Assembly: GCA_964638415.1 (NCBI GenBank)
Contig: CAZWYP010000005.1
Location: 4,121 to 68,120, forward strand
Length of the DNA: 64,000 bases
Reading direction: 5' to 3'
Origin: an uncultured Gammaproteobacteria bacterium
GTDB taxonomy: Bacteria; Patescibacteriota; Patescibacteriia; UBA1558; GWA2-36-10
Numbering within the stretch: the stretch's first letter is position 1; each line of letters starts with the position of its first letter. Shown in pieces: positions 28,098 to 37,771 of this stretch. The notes beneath the pieces were generated by a model. It made no database searches, was not told the DNA's origin, and worked only from the letters and a program-made list of their open reading frames with translations. The translations under genes and the position numbers were made by a program.

Positions 28098-28505
28098 AAC
28101 AACTGACATCTGCAAATGGTCAAGTACTGTTTGCCAATCGGCAATAGACACTTGCCTAACGCCCAAGGCTTCCAGCCGGCTGGCAGTCTCCGGATCATCT
28201 CCGTCAACAATGATGCAGAAAATATTCTGCGGTGGTAGCTGCAAAAACTTAATAGCAAAATCCACAAAAGCCAATAACGGCCAGTCCGGCAAAGAACAAA
28301 GGATCACCAAATTGTTAATGCCCAACTCCTCCAGAATATGCGCTAAGCCATTGGGATCAGACAAATCATGAACCATGACCGTTGAGAAACTGTCATCATC
28401 CTGTGGCCGTTTAGTCCGGAACAAATTTGCTAGATGCAAGTTTTGGTCGGGATATGGCCCGACCACTGCCAATTTTCTTTTGGTTGTTGTAGTAACGGTT
28501 GCCAT
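28095..28505 (-). CDS. hypothetical protein (137 aa from the internal ATG; possibly a degenerate receiver-like fold)
   Basis: The track ORF extends to 28721 through a hydrophobic low-complexity stretch that overlaps the miaA start. ATG at 28503-28505 (MATVTTTTKRK...) is more plausible. Confidence 0.35.
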   Translation of the reverse strand: MATVTTTTKRKLAVVGPYPDQNLHLANLFRTKRPQDDDSFSTVMVHDLSDPNGLAHILEELGINNLVILCSLPDWPLLAFVDFAIKFLQLPPQNIFCIIVDGDDPETASRLEALGVRQVSIADWQTVLDHLQMSVV

Positions 28506-28563
28506 GTTATACTCCCTGATGTGAAGAACAAAATTTTCCCAAAGATACCAAAAAAAACAAATT

Positions 28564-29457
28564 ATGTCAATGGTTAAAAGAAAAAAAATTGTTATTATTT
28601 TAGGCCCAACTGCCACCGGTAAGACAAAATTTGCTGTTAAATTAGCTAAAATTTTTAATGCTGAAATAGTTTCTGCCGATTCCCGCCAAGTATATAAACA
28701 AATGGACTTAGGCACAGGCAAAGATTTAGAAGAATACCAGAATATTCCTTACCACCTCATAGACATTAAATCCCCTAAACAGCAATTTTCCTTAGCAGAA
28801 TTCCAAGCTAAAGCCTATCGGACAATTAACAAAATTCACCACTTAGGCAAATTACCTTTACTAGTCGGCGGCACGGGACTTTACTTGCAGGCAATTATTG
28901 AGGGGTGGCTCTTGCCGGCAGTTAAGCCTGATTATTCTTTAAGAATAGCCTTGGAGAAAAACAGCCTATCTCAATTACAAGCTTTAGCTAAAAAAAATAA
29001 ACTTAATCTCAATCAAAGCGATTGGCGGAATAAAAGAAGATTAATTAGATATTTAGAAATAACTGCTATTAACCAAAATATTGACTTTAAAAAACAGCCT
29101 AAATATGATTGCTTAATATTAGGACTGTCTCTGCCTAAAGAACAACTGGATAAAAAAATAAATGCCAGATTAAAAACCAGATTAAAACAAGGGTTAGTTG
29201 GGGAGGTTTCTAAATTGCATAAATTATTATCTTGGCAAAAGTTGGAAAGTTTTGGTTTAGAATATAAATGGATTAGCTTATATTTGCAAAATAAAATAAA
29301 TTACCAGGAAATGGTAATTAATTTACAGACTGCTATTCATCGTTATGCTAAAAGACAAATGACTTGGCTAAGAAGAATGGAAAGGCAAGGGATAAAAATA
29401 CACTGGAATCCAACTTTAACTGCCAGCAAAAAATTAATTAAGCAGTTTATAGACTAA
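28564..29457 (+). CDS. miaA: tRNA dimethylallyltransferase
   Basis: P-loop GPTATGKT; DSRQVYK and LVGGTGLY MiaA motifs. Confidence 0.85.
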   Translation: MSMVKRKKIVIILGPTATGKTKFAVKLAKIFNAEIVSADSRQVYKQMDLGTGKDLEEYQNIPYHLIDIKSPKQQFSLAEFQAKAYRTINKIHHLGKLPLLVGGTGLYLQAIIEGWLLPAVKPDYSLRIALEKNSLSQLQALAKKNKLNLNQSDWRNKRRLIRYLEITAINQNIDFKKQPKYDCLILGLSLPKEQLDKKINARLKTRLKQGLVGEVSKLHKLLSWQKLESFGLEYKWISLYLQNKINYQEMVINLQTAIHRYAKRQMTWLRRMERQGIKIHWNPTLTASKKLIKQFID

Positions 29458-29489
29458 AAATACCCCGAAAATAATCGGGGTATTTTTAT
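29458..29489. terminator. Bidirectional terminator hairpin (aaataccccg aaaataa tcggggtattt)
   Basis: Stem of 10 bp between the miaA and gatB stops. Confidence 0.55.
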
Positions 29490-30985
29490 TGCAATTTCTT
29501 TTTTAAAATCTCCTCCACCTTGGCTGGGTTAGCCTTGCCGCCGCTCTCCGCCATCACTTTGCCGACAAAAAATTTCAATAAAGCTTCTTTACCCTGTCTA
29601 TACTGCTCTGCTTGCTCCGGATGCATCATTACTACCTTAATCACTAGATCCTCCAAGGTGCTAAGATCTTCAATTTGTCCAAGATTGAGTTTTTCCACCA
29701 AATGCGAAGGGTCATCACCGGAAACAAACATTTCAGCTAATATCTTCTGGGCAGCCGTGCTATTGATTTTCTGGTAGTATATTAAGCTTAAAAATTCCGC
29801 CATATTTTCCGGGGTAATCTTTAATTCAGAAAAATGCCAATCCGTAGGCAATAATTTAAACAATTCGCTGGTTAACCAGCCATGAGCTAATTTAGCTATC
29901 TTCTTACGATTCTCCTGCCATAATTGCGCAGCCTTGGAACCTAATTTAGCTCCATCGGCTTTAAAAAGCCAAGCGCGCAATTCTGACATTACTGCCTCGT
30001 AAAAATCCGACCAGATTTTGTTATTTACCAAAACATTAACATCATCTATGTTTAAGCCATATTCTTCAGCTAAGCGCGCTCTCCGCTGATCCGGCAACTC
30101 CGGCAAAGACAATTTAACTTCTTTAATAGTTTCTGGATCAATGTCTAAAGGCGGCAAATCCGGTTCGGGAAAATAACGGTAGTCGCTAGAACCTTCCTTG
30201 CTACGCTGCTCAACAGTGATTTCTTCATTATCATCCCAGCCGCGGGTTTCCGTAAATTGCGGCGGATTGCTCTTTTCCCAAAGCTCGCGCTGCCGTTTAA
30301 CTTCATATTCCAAAGCTTTAAACACGGAACGGAAAGAATTTAAATTCTTTATTTCTGTTTTGGGATAATACCTATTATCTCCATTGGGTCGCAAAGAAAT
30401 ATTAGCATCACAGCGCATTTGCCCTTTTTCCATATCCGCATCGGATACTTCCAGATACCTGGCAATTAATCTCAACTCCTGCAAAAAATCCCTAGCTTCC
30501 TGAGGACTGCGAAAATCCGCTTTGGTCACAATTTCTGCCAAAGGTGTACCGCCACGGTTAAAATCTACCAAAGTCTTATCTTGGCGATGGATATTCTTAG
30601 CAGCATCCTCTTCCAAATGCAAGCGCTCAATGCCAATCTTAGTCTTATGGCTATTACTCTGCAGCATTAAATAACCGTCTTCGGCCAATGGTTCGTCAAA
30701 TTGGGAAATCTGGTAGCCCTTGGGAAGATCGGGATAAAAATAATTCTTGCGGTCAAACTTGGAATGAATATTAATACGGCAATTTAAAGCCAAAGCCATC
30801 GCCATACCTTGCTTTACCGCCTCTTCATTGACCGTCGGCAAAGTTCCCGGATGGCCAAGACAAATTGGACAAACTAAAGTATTCGGCGGCTGGTTGTCCG
30901 ACAAATTAGAACAGGCACAAAACATCTTACTCTTAGTCTTGAGCTGCAAATGTATTTCTAAACCGATGATTGTTTCAAAAGTCAT
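29486..30985 (-). CDS. gatB: Asp-tRNA(Asn)/Glu-tRNA(Gln) amidotransferase subunit B
   Basis: GatB N-terminal catalytic domain (GLEIHLQL) and C-terminal YqeY-like domain. Confidence 0.9.
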   Translation of the reverse strand: MTFETIIGLEIHLQLKTKSKMFCACSNLSDNQPPNTLVCPICLGHPGTLPTVNEEAVKQGMAMALALNCRINIHSKFDRKNYFYPDLPKGYQISQFDEPLAEDGYLMLQSNSHKTKIGIERLHLEEDAAKNIHRQDKTLVDFNRGGTPLAEIVTKADFRSPQEARDFLQELRLIARYLEVSDADMEKGQMRCDANISLRPNGDNRYYPKTEIKNLNSFRSVFKALEYEVKRQRELWEKSNPPQFTETRGWDDNEEITVEQRSKEGSSDYRYFPEPDLPPLDIDPETIKEVKLSLPELPDQRRARLAEEYGLNIDDVNVLVNNKIWSDFYEAVMSELRAWLFKADGAKLGSKAAQLWQENRKKIAKLAHGWLTSELFKLLPTDWHFSELKITPENMAEFLSLIYYQKINSTAAQKILAEMFVSGDDPSHLVEKLNLGQIEDLSTLEDLVIKVVMMHPEQAEQYRQGKEALLKFFVGKVMAESGGKANPAKVEEILKKKLQ

Positions 30986-31608
30986 TTTGCCAATAATTCA
31001 CTGACTACTTTTTTAATTTCTTCAGCTATGGACTGGATATCCCCGAAGCCGTTAACTACTGCCCAATTATTATTTTCCTTAGCCTGCTGCAAATAGCCCT
31101 CTCTTACCTGGTGGTGAAACTCTTCCGTTTCATTATCCAGCCTATCCTGTTTTTCTTCCCGCCTTCTTTGCGCCGCCTGTTCTACAGTCACATCCAGATA
31201 AATTACCAGATCGGGCTTTAGATTATCCTTAGCCCAGTCATTTAATAATTTGATATTAGCTAAATCCAAATGCCTGGCTGCTCCTTGATAAGCAAAGGTG
31301 GAGCCATCAAAGCGATCGCAGAGCACTATCTTGCCTAAAGACAAGGCCGGCTTAATTACCTGCTCAACATGCTGAGCCCGGGAAGCCAGATAAAGCAAAA
31401 GCTCGGTGCGCGGATGCATTTCCAAATGCTCTTTATCTAGAATAATTTCCCTGATTTTTTCCGAAATCGTGGTATGATCACCGCCCGGTTCTCTTGTCAT
31501 TAGCACTGCTAAACCTTGAGACTCCAAAAAACCTTTCAGTAAATCAATCTGGGTGGTTTTCCCGGATTTATCTCCTCCTTCAAAAACAATAAACTTACCT
31601 GTCTGCAT
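30982..31608 (-). CDS. tmk: thymidylate kinase
   Basis: P-loop FEGGDKSGKTT; DRF and LID-region motifs; ATGA overlap with gatB. Confidence 0.85.
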   Translation of the reverse strand: MQTGKFIVFEGGDKSGKTTQIDLLKGFLESQGLAVLMTREPGGDHTTISEKIREIILDKEHLEMHPRTELLLYLASRAQHVEQVIKPALSLGKIVLCDRFDGSTFAYQGAARHLDLANIKLLNDWAKDNLKPDLVIYLDVTVEQAAQRRREEKQDRLDNETEEFHHQVREGYLQQAKENNNWAVVNGFGDIQSIAEEIKKVVSELLAK

Positions 31609-31628
31609 AATCTAATTTTATCATAAAA

Positions 31629-32276
31629 TTAATATTGGCGGTAATTTCTATAAAACTCCCGTTTTAAATCCCGAGCAATCCTGTCTGTAGCTAATCTCCT
31701 TTTCCCTGGTGGCAAATTTCTTAAAATTCTGATTTTTTCCTGGCTATATTTTTTAAACACCCGCCGCCACTGCTTGTCTTCCAACGCCAATAAACTATAT
31801 TGCAAATCTTCTTTTTCCAAAGACTTTCTGATGTCATCATCATATCTGGCTGGCGAAGCATCAAATTCTATAGGAATAACTTTGGCCTGTTGGCTAAAAA
31901 TTTTCCTAGCCAAAGCCCTCATTTTAATTTCCCTGGTTTGCTCACAAAAATACCATAACGGCTTATTACCAATTAAAGACTTAATAGCCAGCATATTTTC
32001 TAAAGCACTTAGCTCCGTGGCACAGATTTTAATTTTCCACTTAACAGTCAAACCTCTTTCTTTAATCTTTAATTTAAACCATTTAGCCATTTCTCCTGCT
32101 TCTGTTTTACGGTAAGGCTTTATCATATCAGTATTTCCTCCGGCAGTAATGATAACAATATTTTGCTTTTTAAAATTCTTCCACAATAAATTAAAAACTT
32201 GGATCAGATAAGTGTGGTAATTATTATCTGTCCAAATATCTTGGGGTGTGCCGTAACCATTAACTACTACGAACAT
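31629..32276 (-). CDS. DUF218 (YdcF/ElyC/SanA-like) protein
   Basis: MFVVVNGYG...IVIITAGGNT...EAGEMAKW matches the DUF218 core. The internal ATG at 32276 avoids overlap with tdk. Confidence 0.5.
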   Translation of the reverse strand: MFVVVNGYGTPQDIWTDNNYHTYLIQVFNLLWKNFKKQNIVIITAGGNTDMIKPYRKTEAGEMAKWFKLKIKERGLTVKWKIKICATELSALENMLAIKSLIGNKPLWYFCEQTREIKMRALARKIFSQQAKVIPIEFDASPARYDDDIRKSLEKEDLQYSLLALEDKQWRRVFKKYSQEKIRILRNLPPGKRRLATDRIARDLKREFYRNYRQY

Positions 32277-32280
32277 AAGA

Positions 32281-32856
32281 CTATTTTTTATTAAACTGAT
32301 GCCAGCAAGCTCGGCATAAAGCCTGGTATTTATCCGCGCCGCCGACTTCAATTAATTCCTTGGATCCTCCCAAGCGATGAGTGCGGGAAGCCAAGCTGCC
32401 GCAGACTGAACAAATGGCATGAAGCTTTTTAATTACATCTGCTTCCACTAAAAGCTCTGCCATGCCGGGAAAAGGTTGTCCAGAAGCCGCTAAATCCAAA
32501 GCGGCCATAACTACTTTTTTCCCTTGATTAGCTAAGTCTTTCACTACTGGCAACAATTCAAGAACATCAAAAAATTGCACTTCATCCACTCCGATAATCT
32601 CCACGTCCCTGTATTGCTCTTGCTGTAAATAAGTTAGAAGGTCTTTAGCCTGTCCAACTACAACCGCATTAATCTTCTCACCGTTGTGGGTGACAATCTG
32701 ATCTTGGGAATAACGATTATCCCGCTGCGGCTTGAATACCACCACTTGTTTGCGGGCAATCTGCCACCGACGCATCATCCGCATTAACTCCTCAGTCTTG
32801 CCGGCAAACATGGGTCCGGTAATTACTGTAATAAATCCTCCGCGAAAATGTTCCAT
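32281..32856 (-). CDS. tdk: thymidine kinase
   Basis: P-loop GPMFAGKTEEL; C-terminal zinc ribbon CSVCG...CRAC. Confidence 0.85.
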   Translation of the reverse strand: MEHFRGGFITVITGPMFAGKTEELMRMMRRWQIARKQVVVFKPQRDNRYSQDQIVTHNGEKINAVVVGQAKDLLTYLQQEQYRDVEIIGVDEVQFFDVLELLPVVKDLANQGKKVVMAALDLAASGQPFPGMAELLVEADVIKKLHAICSVCGSLASRTHRLGGSKELIEVGGADKYQALCRACWHQFNKK

Positions 32857-32866
32857 AGTTTTTTAT

Positions 32867-33289
32867 TTAATAACCAGAAGAGCCAAAACGATTTTCACCT
32901 CTATCTGAATCTGCTAAATTATCTGCTTCTTTAATTTCTACCCGCTCTATTGGCTGAATTAACATCTGGGCAATTCTATCTCCAACTTTTATCTGGTAAT
33001 CCTCTGTTCCTAGGTTAATAATTACCACAAAAATCTCTCCCCGGTAATTACTATCCACAACGCCAGCTAAGGTATGCAAACCATGCTTGGCAGCTAAACC
33101 GCTACGGTCTCGAATATTACCAACCATACCAACTGGAATTTCCAAAGCAATGCCGGTAGAAACATTCTCCACTTTGCCTGGCAATAATATTTTATCTTCA
33201 GCCGCATAAAGATCCAAAGCTGCATCACCTTGATGCTGGTAAGCTGGCAAAATAGCTTGGGCAGATAATTTCTTGACTTTCAATACCAT
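32867..33289 (-). CDS. dut: dUTP diphosphatase
   Basis: dUTPase motifs AAGLDL-like (DAALDLYA), GVVDSNYRGE and RFGSSG. Confidence 0.85.
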   Translation of the reverse strand: MVLKVKKLSAQAILPAYQHQGDAALDLYAAEDKILLPGKVENVSTGIALEIPVGMVGNIRDRSGLAAKHGLHTLAGVVDSNYRGEIFVVIINLGTEDYQIKVGDRIAQMLIQPIERVEIKEADNLADSDRGENRFGSSGY

Positions 33290-33292
33290 AAT

Positions 33293-33778
33293 CTATTTAG
33301 TCAGTTCTACAAATTTAAAACGCAAACCATTTTCTTCCTGCTCCTCAGTACTGGATACTATATTCTTAAATTCAGAATAATCTGGGAAGAAAATATCTGC
33401 GCCTAAATCTGCATCAATTAAAGTCAGATAAAGCTTATCTGCTTTGCTAATAGCTTGGGCATAAACTTGCCCACCACCGATGATAAAAATCTCCTCCTGA
33501 TCATATTCCTTATGCTGCTGTAAAATATCTATTGCTTGTTCCAAAGAAGTAGCGGTAAAGAATCCCTCAACTTCCACTGGCTGATTAGATAAAACAATAT
33601 TCAGACGATTAGGTAATAACTTACCAATGCTTTTATAAGTATTAAAACCCATAACGACCGCATGGCCAGAAGTTATTTGCTTAAAATGCTTAAGATCAGC
33701 CGGTAAATAAGCTAATAATTGGTTTTGTTTACCAATTCCTCTTTTCTTATCTACGGCAGCAATTAAACTTATTTTCAT
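33293..33778 (-). CDS. folA: dihydrofolate reductase
   Basis: ISLIAAVDKKRGIGKQNQL N-terminus and VMGFNTYKS motif. Confidence 0.85.
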   Translation of the reverse strand: MKISLIAAVDKKRGIGKQNQLLAYLPADLKHFKQITSGHAVVMGFNTYKSIGKLLPNRLNIVLSNQPVEVEGFFTATSLEQAIDILQQHKEYDQEEIFIIGGGQVYAQAISKADKLYLTLIDADLGADIFFPDYSEFKNIVSSTEEQEENGLRFKFVELTK

Positions 33779-33780
33779 AG

Positions 33781-34710
33781 TTATACAGCAATCGGCGCTT
33801 TAATCGCCGGATGCGGATCATAATTCTCTAAAGTAAAATCTTCAAATTTAAAAGCAAAAATATCCTTAACTTCAGGATTAATCTTCATAGTAGGTAAGCT
33901 CTTAGGCTCACGACTTAACTGCTCATTCACCTGTTCAATATGATTATTGTAAATATGAACATCACCGAAAGTATGGATAAATTCACCCGGCTGCAAACCA
34001 ACTACTTGCGCCATCATCATCGTCAGCAAAGCATAAGAAGCAATGTTAAACGGCACCCCTAAAAATACATCAGCACTCCGCTGGTAAAGCTGACAAGATA
34101 ATTTATCTCCAATCACCATAAAATGGAATAGAGTATGACAAGGCGGCGGTGCGCTATGATGCTGTCTAATTAGCTCCTGCAATTCACCAACATTCCAGCC
34201 GGAAATAATTAAGCGTCTAGAAGTCGGATCAGTTTTAATTAAATCAATAACTCCCTGAACTTGGTTAATACTCTCTCCATTAATTCCAGTCCAATTAACC
34301 CACTGTTTACCGTAAATCGGGCCCAGCTCTCCCCAAGCTTTAGCAAAAGCATCATCTTCTTTCATTTTAACCACAAAATCTACTAAACCAGCTTGCCAGC
34401 TTTCAGAATAACGGGGAAATTGTTCACGTAAATTATTTTTCTTTAAATAATCCTCATAAGCCCATTCATTCCAAATCTTCACATCATTCTTCACCAGATA
34501 TTGGATATTGGTATCTCCCCGCAAAAACCATAACAACTCATGAATAATTGCTTTCAAAAAAACTTTTTTAGTAGTCAATAAGGGAAAGCCTCGGGATAAA
34601 TCAAATCTAATTTGTGCGCCAAAAATACTGCGCGTACCAACACCAGTACGATCCTCCTTACTGACGCCTTCATCTCTGATCTTTCGCAATAAATCTAAAT
34701 ATTGCTTCAT
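33781..34710 (-). CDS. thyA: thymidylate synthase (ThyA type)
   Basis: Catalytic Cys in the PPCHTLFHF motif; RR...D dUMP-binding residues. Confidence 0.9.
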   Translation of the reverse strand: MKQYLDLLRKIRDEGVSKEDRTGVGTRSIFGAQIRFDLSRGFPLLTTKKVFLKAIIHELLWFLRGDTNIQYLVKNDVKIWNEWAYEDYLKKNNLREQFPRYSESWQAGLVDFVVKMKEDDAFAKAWGELGPIYGKQWVNWTGINGESINQVQGVIDLIKTDPTSRRLIISGWNVGELQELIRQHHSAPPPCHTLFHFMVIGDKLSCQLYQRSADVFLGVPFNIASYALLTMMMAQVVGLQPGEFIHTFGDVHIYNNHIEQVNEQLSREPKSLPTMKINPEVKDIFAFKFEDFTLENYDPHPAIKAPIAV

Positions 34711-35258
34711 TAATTTTTTATTAATTTATCTAATTGCTCATACAGGCCCGGCAAATCACCATTATTATCCATGGTGATATCAGCAATCTTCATAGTATCC
34801 AAAATAGTCAATTCTGTTTCCAGCTGATGCTCAGCCACAAACTCCTCCCAAGTCTTATTCTTATCATCCTCATTCTCACCTCTTTGCTTGATCCGCTCAA
34901 ATCTTAATTTCATATCTGCGTCAATACCTACTAGAGTAAAACCAGCTACTTCTTTAAGGTATTTAATATCTTCCAAACGACGAATGCCTTCCACTACCAC
35001 TAAACTGGCTGGAGACTTTTCTACATCCTGGGCAATAACTTTAGCTAATAGATCCTGACCGAAAAATTCCCGCAAGACCGTGGAAATACCGGATAAATTC
35101 TCTCTGGTATGCGGCAGATACAATCTGTCCATCACATCCCGCAAAATAGTAGAATAGCGGAAAGTCACCGCCTGATACTTATCTTTAAGATACTGGGCCG
35201 CTGCTCCTTTACCGGAAGCCGGCAAGCCAGTAATGCCAATGATTCTTTTTTCTGTCAT
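34710..35258 (-). CDS. P-loop NTPase, putative nucleoside/nucleotide kinase
   Basis: Walker [16 protein letters not shown]; small size (182 aa); embedded in the dTMP-synthesis cluster; TAATG overlap with thyA. Confidence 0.45.
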   Translation of the reverse strand: MTEKRIIGITGLPASGKGAAAQYLKDKYQAVTFRYSTILRDVMDRLYLPHTRENLSGISTVLREFFGQDLLAKVIAQDVEKSPASLVVVEGIRRLEDIKYLKEVAGFTLVGIDADMKLRFERIKQRGENEDDKNKTWEEFVAEHQLETELTILDTMKIADITMDNNGDLPGLYEQLDKLIKN

Positions 35259-35761
35259 TATTGATTGGGATAATTTTCTACGCTGGCGTCAAAATAATCT
35301 AATTGCACACCAGACTGTTTAAACATCGCTTCCGACTCTTCACCGGCATGGTATTTTTTCTCGCAAACCACTCGCTTGATGCCGGAGTTAATGATCAGCA
35401 TGGCGCAAACGCGGCAAGGAGTCATCTTGCAATATAAAGTACCTTCATTGATGGAAATTCCTAAGTGAGCAGCCTGGACAATGGCATTCTGCTCAGCATG
35501 AATGGTACGTACGCAATGCGAGCTGGTGTGTCCGTCCTCATGAGTCACTGTTTTCATCTGGTGGCCGACTTCATCGCAATGAGCAAAACCTTTGGGTGAA
35601 CCGACATAACCAGTAACCACAATCTGCTTGTCTCGGGCAATAACGCAGCCGGAACGGCCGCGGTCGCAAGTGGCGCGCTTAGCTACGGCATTAGCCACTT
35701 CCATAAAATATTCATCCCAGGAGGGACGAATGTATTTTTCTTCCGCCATAAATTTATGCAT
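35258..35761 (-). CDS. dCMP deaminase (ComEB-like)
   Basis: Zn-dependent deaminase motifs HAEQNAI and CKMTPCRVCA. Confidence 0.8.
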   Translation of the reverse strand: MHKFMAEEKYIRPSWDEYFMEVANAVAKRATCDRGRSGCVIARDKQIVVTGYVGSPKGFAHCDEVGHQMKTVTHEDGHTSSHCVRTIHAEQNAIVQAAHLGISINEGTLYCKMTPCRVCAMLIINSGIKRVVCEKKYHAGEESEAMFKQSGVQLDYFDASVENYPNQ

Positions 35762-35862
35762 TTAATTATGACAAAACCGTCTAAATTTGACGGTATAAAA
35801 ACAATAATAAACCAATTTTATTTTAACAGACTTGGGTAGGAAAATCAAACAAAAAAATGAGA

Positions 35863-36420
35863 TTAAATTTGCCTTAATTTTCCCCTGATTTTCCGGTAGT
35901 CCGGCATGGTTCTGGCCACCAGCTGCCAGAATCCCCGCCCATGATTCATTTCCTGCAAATGGCATAATTCATGGACAATAATGTAATCAGATAAGGCTGG
36001 GGGTAATAAGCATAAGCGGCAGTTAAAATTAAGGTTCTTATTCTTAGAACAACTGCCCCAGCGGGTTGACTGGTTGCGCACAGTAATTTTTCTATAGCTG
36101 AAATTATAGAACTGATTAAAAAATAATAAACGCTCTCTTACCAAAGTATCGGTTAAAGCTTTTAATTTCTTAATCTCACTTAAGGAAAAACGGCGGGAAA
36201 AAATACTTTGCTGGCTAGCGATTTTTTGCCAATTAGCCAATAACCATTCCTGTTTTTGACTAATAAACCTTTGGATTAAATAAAGCGGAAAATATTTAGG
36301 CGCTGATACTAAAATATCCCCATTCTTCTTAATAGCTAAGCGCAAATGGCGATTACCTGCTCGCCTGTTTAATTTATAGGTTAAAACCAGCGGTCCTAAT
36401 TTTATCTTCTTCTCCAGCAT
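35863..36420 (-). CDS. YgjP-like metal-dependent hydrolase (DUF45, M48-related)
   Basis: WGSCS...HELCHL (HExxH) motif typical of DUF45. Confidence 0.6.
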   Translation of the reverse strand: MLEKKIKLGPLVLTYKLNRRAGNRHLRLAIKKNGDILVSAPKYFPLYLIQRFISQKQEWLLANWQKIASQQSIFSRRFSLSEIKKLKALTDTLVRERLLFFNQFYNFSYRKITVRNQSTRWGSCSKNKNLNFNCRLCLLPPALSDYIIVHELCHLQEMNHGRGFWQLVARTMPDYRKIRGKLRQI

Positions 36421-36440
36421 TGGTATTATTATACTGCAAA

Positions 36441-36462
36441 ACAAAAACCCCGCCTAACGGGG
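36441..36462 (-). terminator. Terminator of cspA (ccccgcctaacgggg followed by a T-run on the minus strand)
   Basis: Stem of 5 bp (GC-rich) followed by an A-run on the + strand, i.e. a U-run in the minus-strand transcript. Confidence 0.45.
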
Positions 36463-36514
36463 TTCTTGGTTTGAAGTTTACTATACTTTATTGTTTCAAA
36501 TAAAAATAGACAAA

Positions 36515-36709
36515 CTACAAAGGCTTAACATTGATGGCGTTAAGTCCTTTTGGTCCCTCACCGACTTCGTATTCCACTTTCTGTCCTTCTTGTAAGGATC
36601 CGCCGCCTTTGACGGCTGACTTATGGACAAACAAATCTTCACCTGATTCCTGTTCAATAAAACCGAATCCTTTGGTGACGTTGAACCATTTAACTGTACC
36701 TTGTGGCAT
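36515..36709 (-). CDS. cspA: cold-shock protein (CspA family)
   Basis: RNP1/RNP2 motifs GTVKWFN..KGFGFI and VFVH. Confidence 0.9.
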   Translation of the reverse strand: MPQGTVKWFNVTKGFGFIEQESGEDLFVHKSAVKGGGSLQEGQKVEYEVGEGPKGLNAINVKPL

Positions 36710-36783
36710 AGTTTTTTGTTACTTAATTAAAAATATTCTAATTAAAAATATTGGACTAGAATACTTTTAACTAAAACATCTTC

Positions 36784-36812
36784 AGTATAGCACAAAGGTT
36801 TAAGTTTGTCAA
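36784..36812 (-). promoter_or_regulatory. sigma70 promoter for cspA (TTGACA - 17 nt - TATACT on the minus strand), leaving a ~70-nt 5' UTR
   Basis: Reverse complement of 36807-36812 is TTGACA, and of 36784-36789 is TATACT. Confidence 0.45.
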
Positions 36813-36892
36813 TTAAAAGTTAAAAACAAAAAACCGCTCAAGCCTAGCCCAATAGGCTGCGACTGAAGCGGTTTTAATCTGTGCGTGGAGAC

Positions 36893-37252
36893 TCAAGAGG
36901 CAGGATTATGGATCTTCTCTTTGGGGAGTAAGTCATCATAGCCCGAGGGGAAAAAGATAATGCTCTGTTTCTTGTTTTTGATCATCAAAACGTGGCCGTT
37001 AACGGCTGGGTTAGGATCAAAGTCAGCCAAGTTGAATTGATCGCTATCGCGATCCTCAAATACCCAGTGAACATTGTTACCTTGGCCCTGACCAAAAGCT
37101 GACCAATTATAGCTCAAAATCAGCACACCATCATTGGTAACAGCTATGTCTTTGATTTCTGCACGGTGAGTGGCGTGCTTGTCTGGGGAGTTCCTGGTGA
37201 TAACTTGCACCTGTCCTCCGATAAAACCCTGGAAGGTTTCTGTAGTCAGCAT
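36893..37252 (-). CDS. small hypothetical protein, paralog B of a tandem pair
   Basis: Aligns with the upstream ORF (GGQvQV..I.D..L.I...W.A..G..NN..........H....IIFFP...LLP). GC ~50%. Followed by a long hairpin terminator at ~36828-36873. Confidence 0.45.
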   Translation of the reverse strand: MLTTETFQGFIGGQVQVITRNSPDKHATHRAEIKDIAVTNDGVLILSYNWSAFGQGQGNNVHWVFEDRDSDQFNLADFDPNPAVNGHVLMIKNKKQSIIFFPSGYDDLLPKEKIHNPAS

Positions 37253-37575
37253 GTTATCCTCGGTGGTAAAATATTTGATGAATGATCTTTTCGGAAAAAA
37301 GTAGCCAGGTCGCCGGTGGGCAAACTGACAATCAGGTGATCAGCTGCGACTTGCGCGTAGCAAATTCGCAAATCCCAAAAGTACTTTGGACGATTAAGCG
37401 GTAAGAAATTATTGCCGTCTTCAGCCAGCGCATTCCAAGCTAAGACAATAGTCAGCTGTTCATCGGTAAAAACAAAAGAAGACAACTGTCCGCGCTGAAT
37501 AGCTCTGCCCTGCCGACCGCGAATTTCTATTTGTCCCCCAAGATAAGGAGACAATGATTCCTGGTTCAATTCCAT
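37246..37575 (-). CDS. small hypothetical protein, paralog A of a tandem pair
   Basis: Internal ATG at 37575 with an AAGGAG RBS 5 nt upstream gives 110 aa, matching paralog B's length. The track ORF extends to 37668. 7-nt overlap with paralog B. Confidence 0.45.
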   Translation of the reverse strand: MELNQESLSPYLGGQIEIRGRQGRAIQRGQLSSFVFTDEQLTIVLAWNALAEDGNNFLPLNRPKYFWDLRICYAQVAADHLIVSLPTGDLATFFRKDHSSNILPPRITC

Positions 37576-37771
37576 GGAGTCTCCTTGTGAAAGAACATTT
37601 GCTGGTTTAAGCGCTACCTGCCAGAGTGTCCGGAAGCCAGCGATAAGGAGGGTCATCGCGGCCGGCACTTACAGATAGCGCCCAAACCACCATTGCCAAT
37701 TAAGGTCTTTGTTGATACACTAAATTAACAAAGAAAAGCGGATTAGTCAAGTTAGAAAAATTACTGCAGTT

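Noticed and set aside
28095-28721. Full-length 208-aa minus-strand ORF overlapping the miaA start
   Set aside because: The N-terminal 72 residues are hydrophobic low-complexity sequence antisense to the miaA 5' end. The ORF was trimmed to the internal ATG at 28505.
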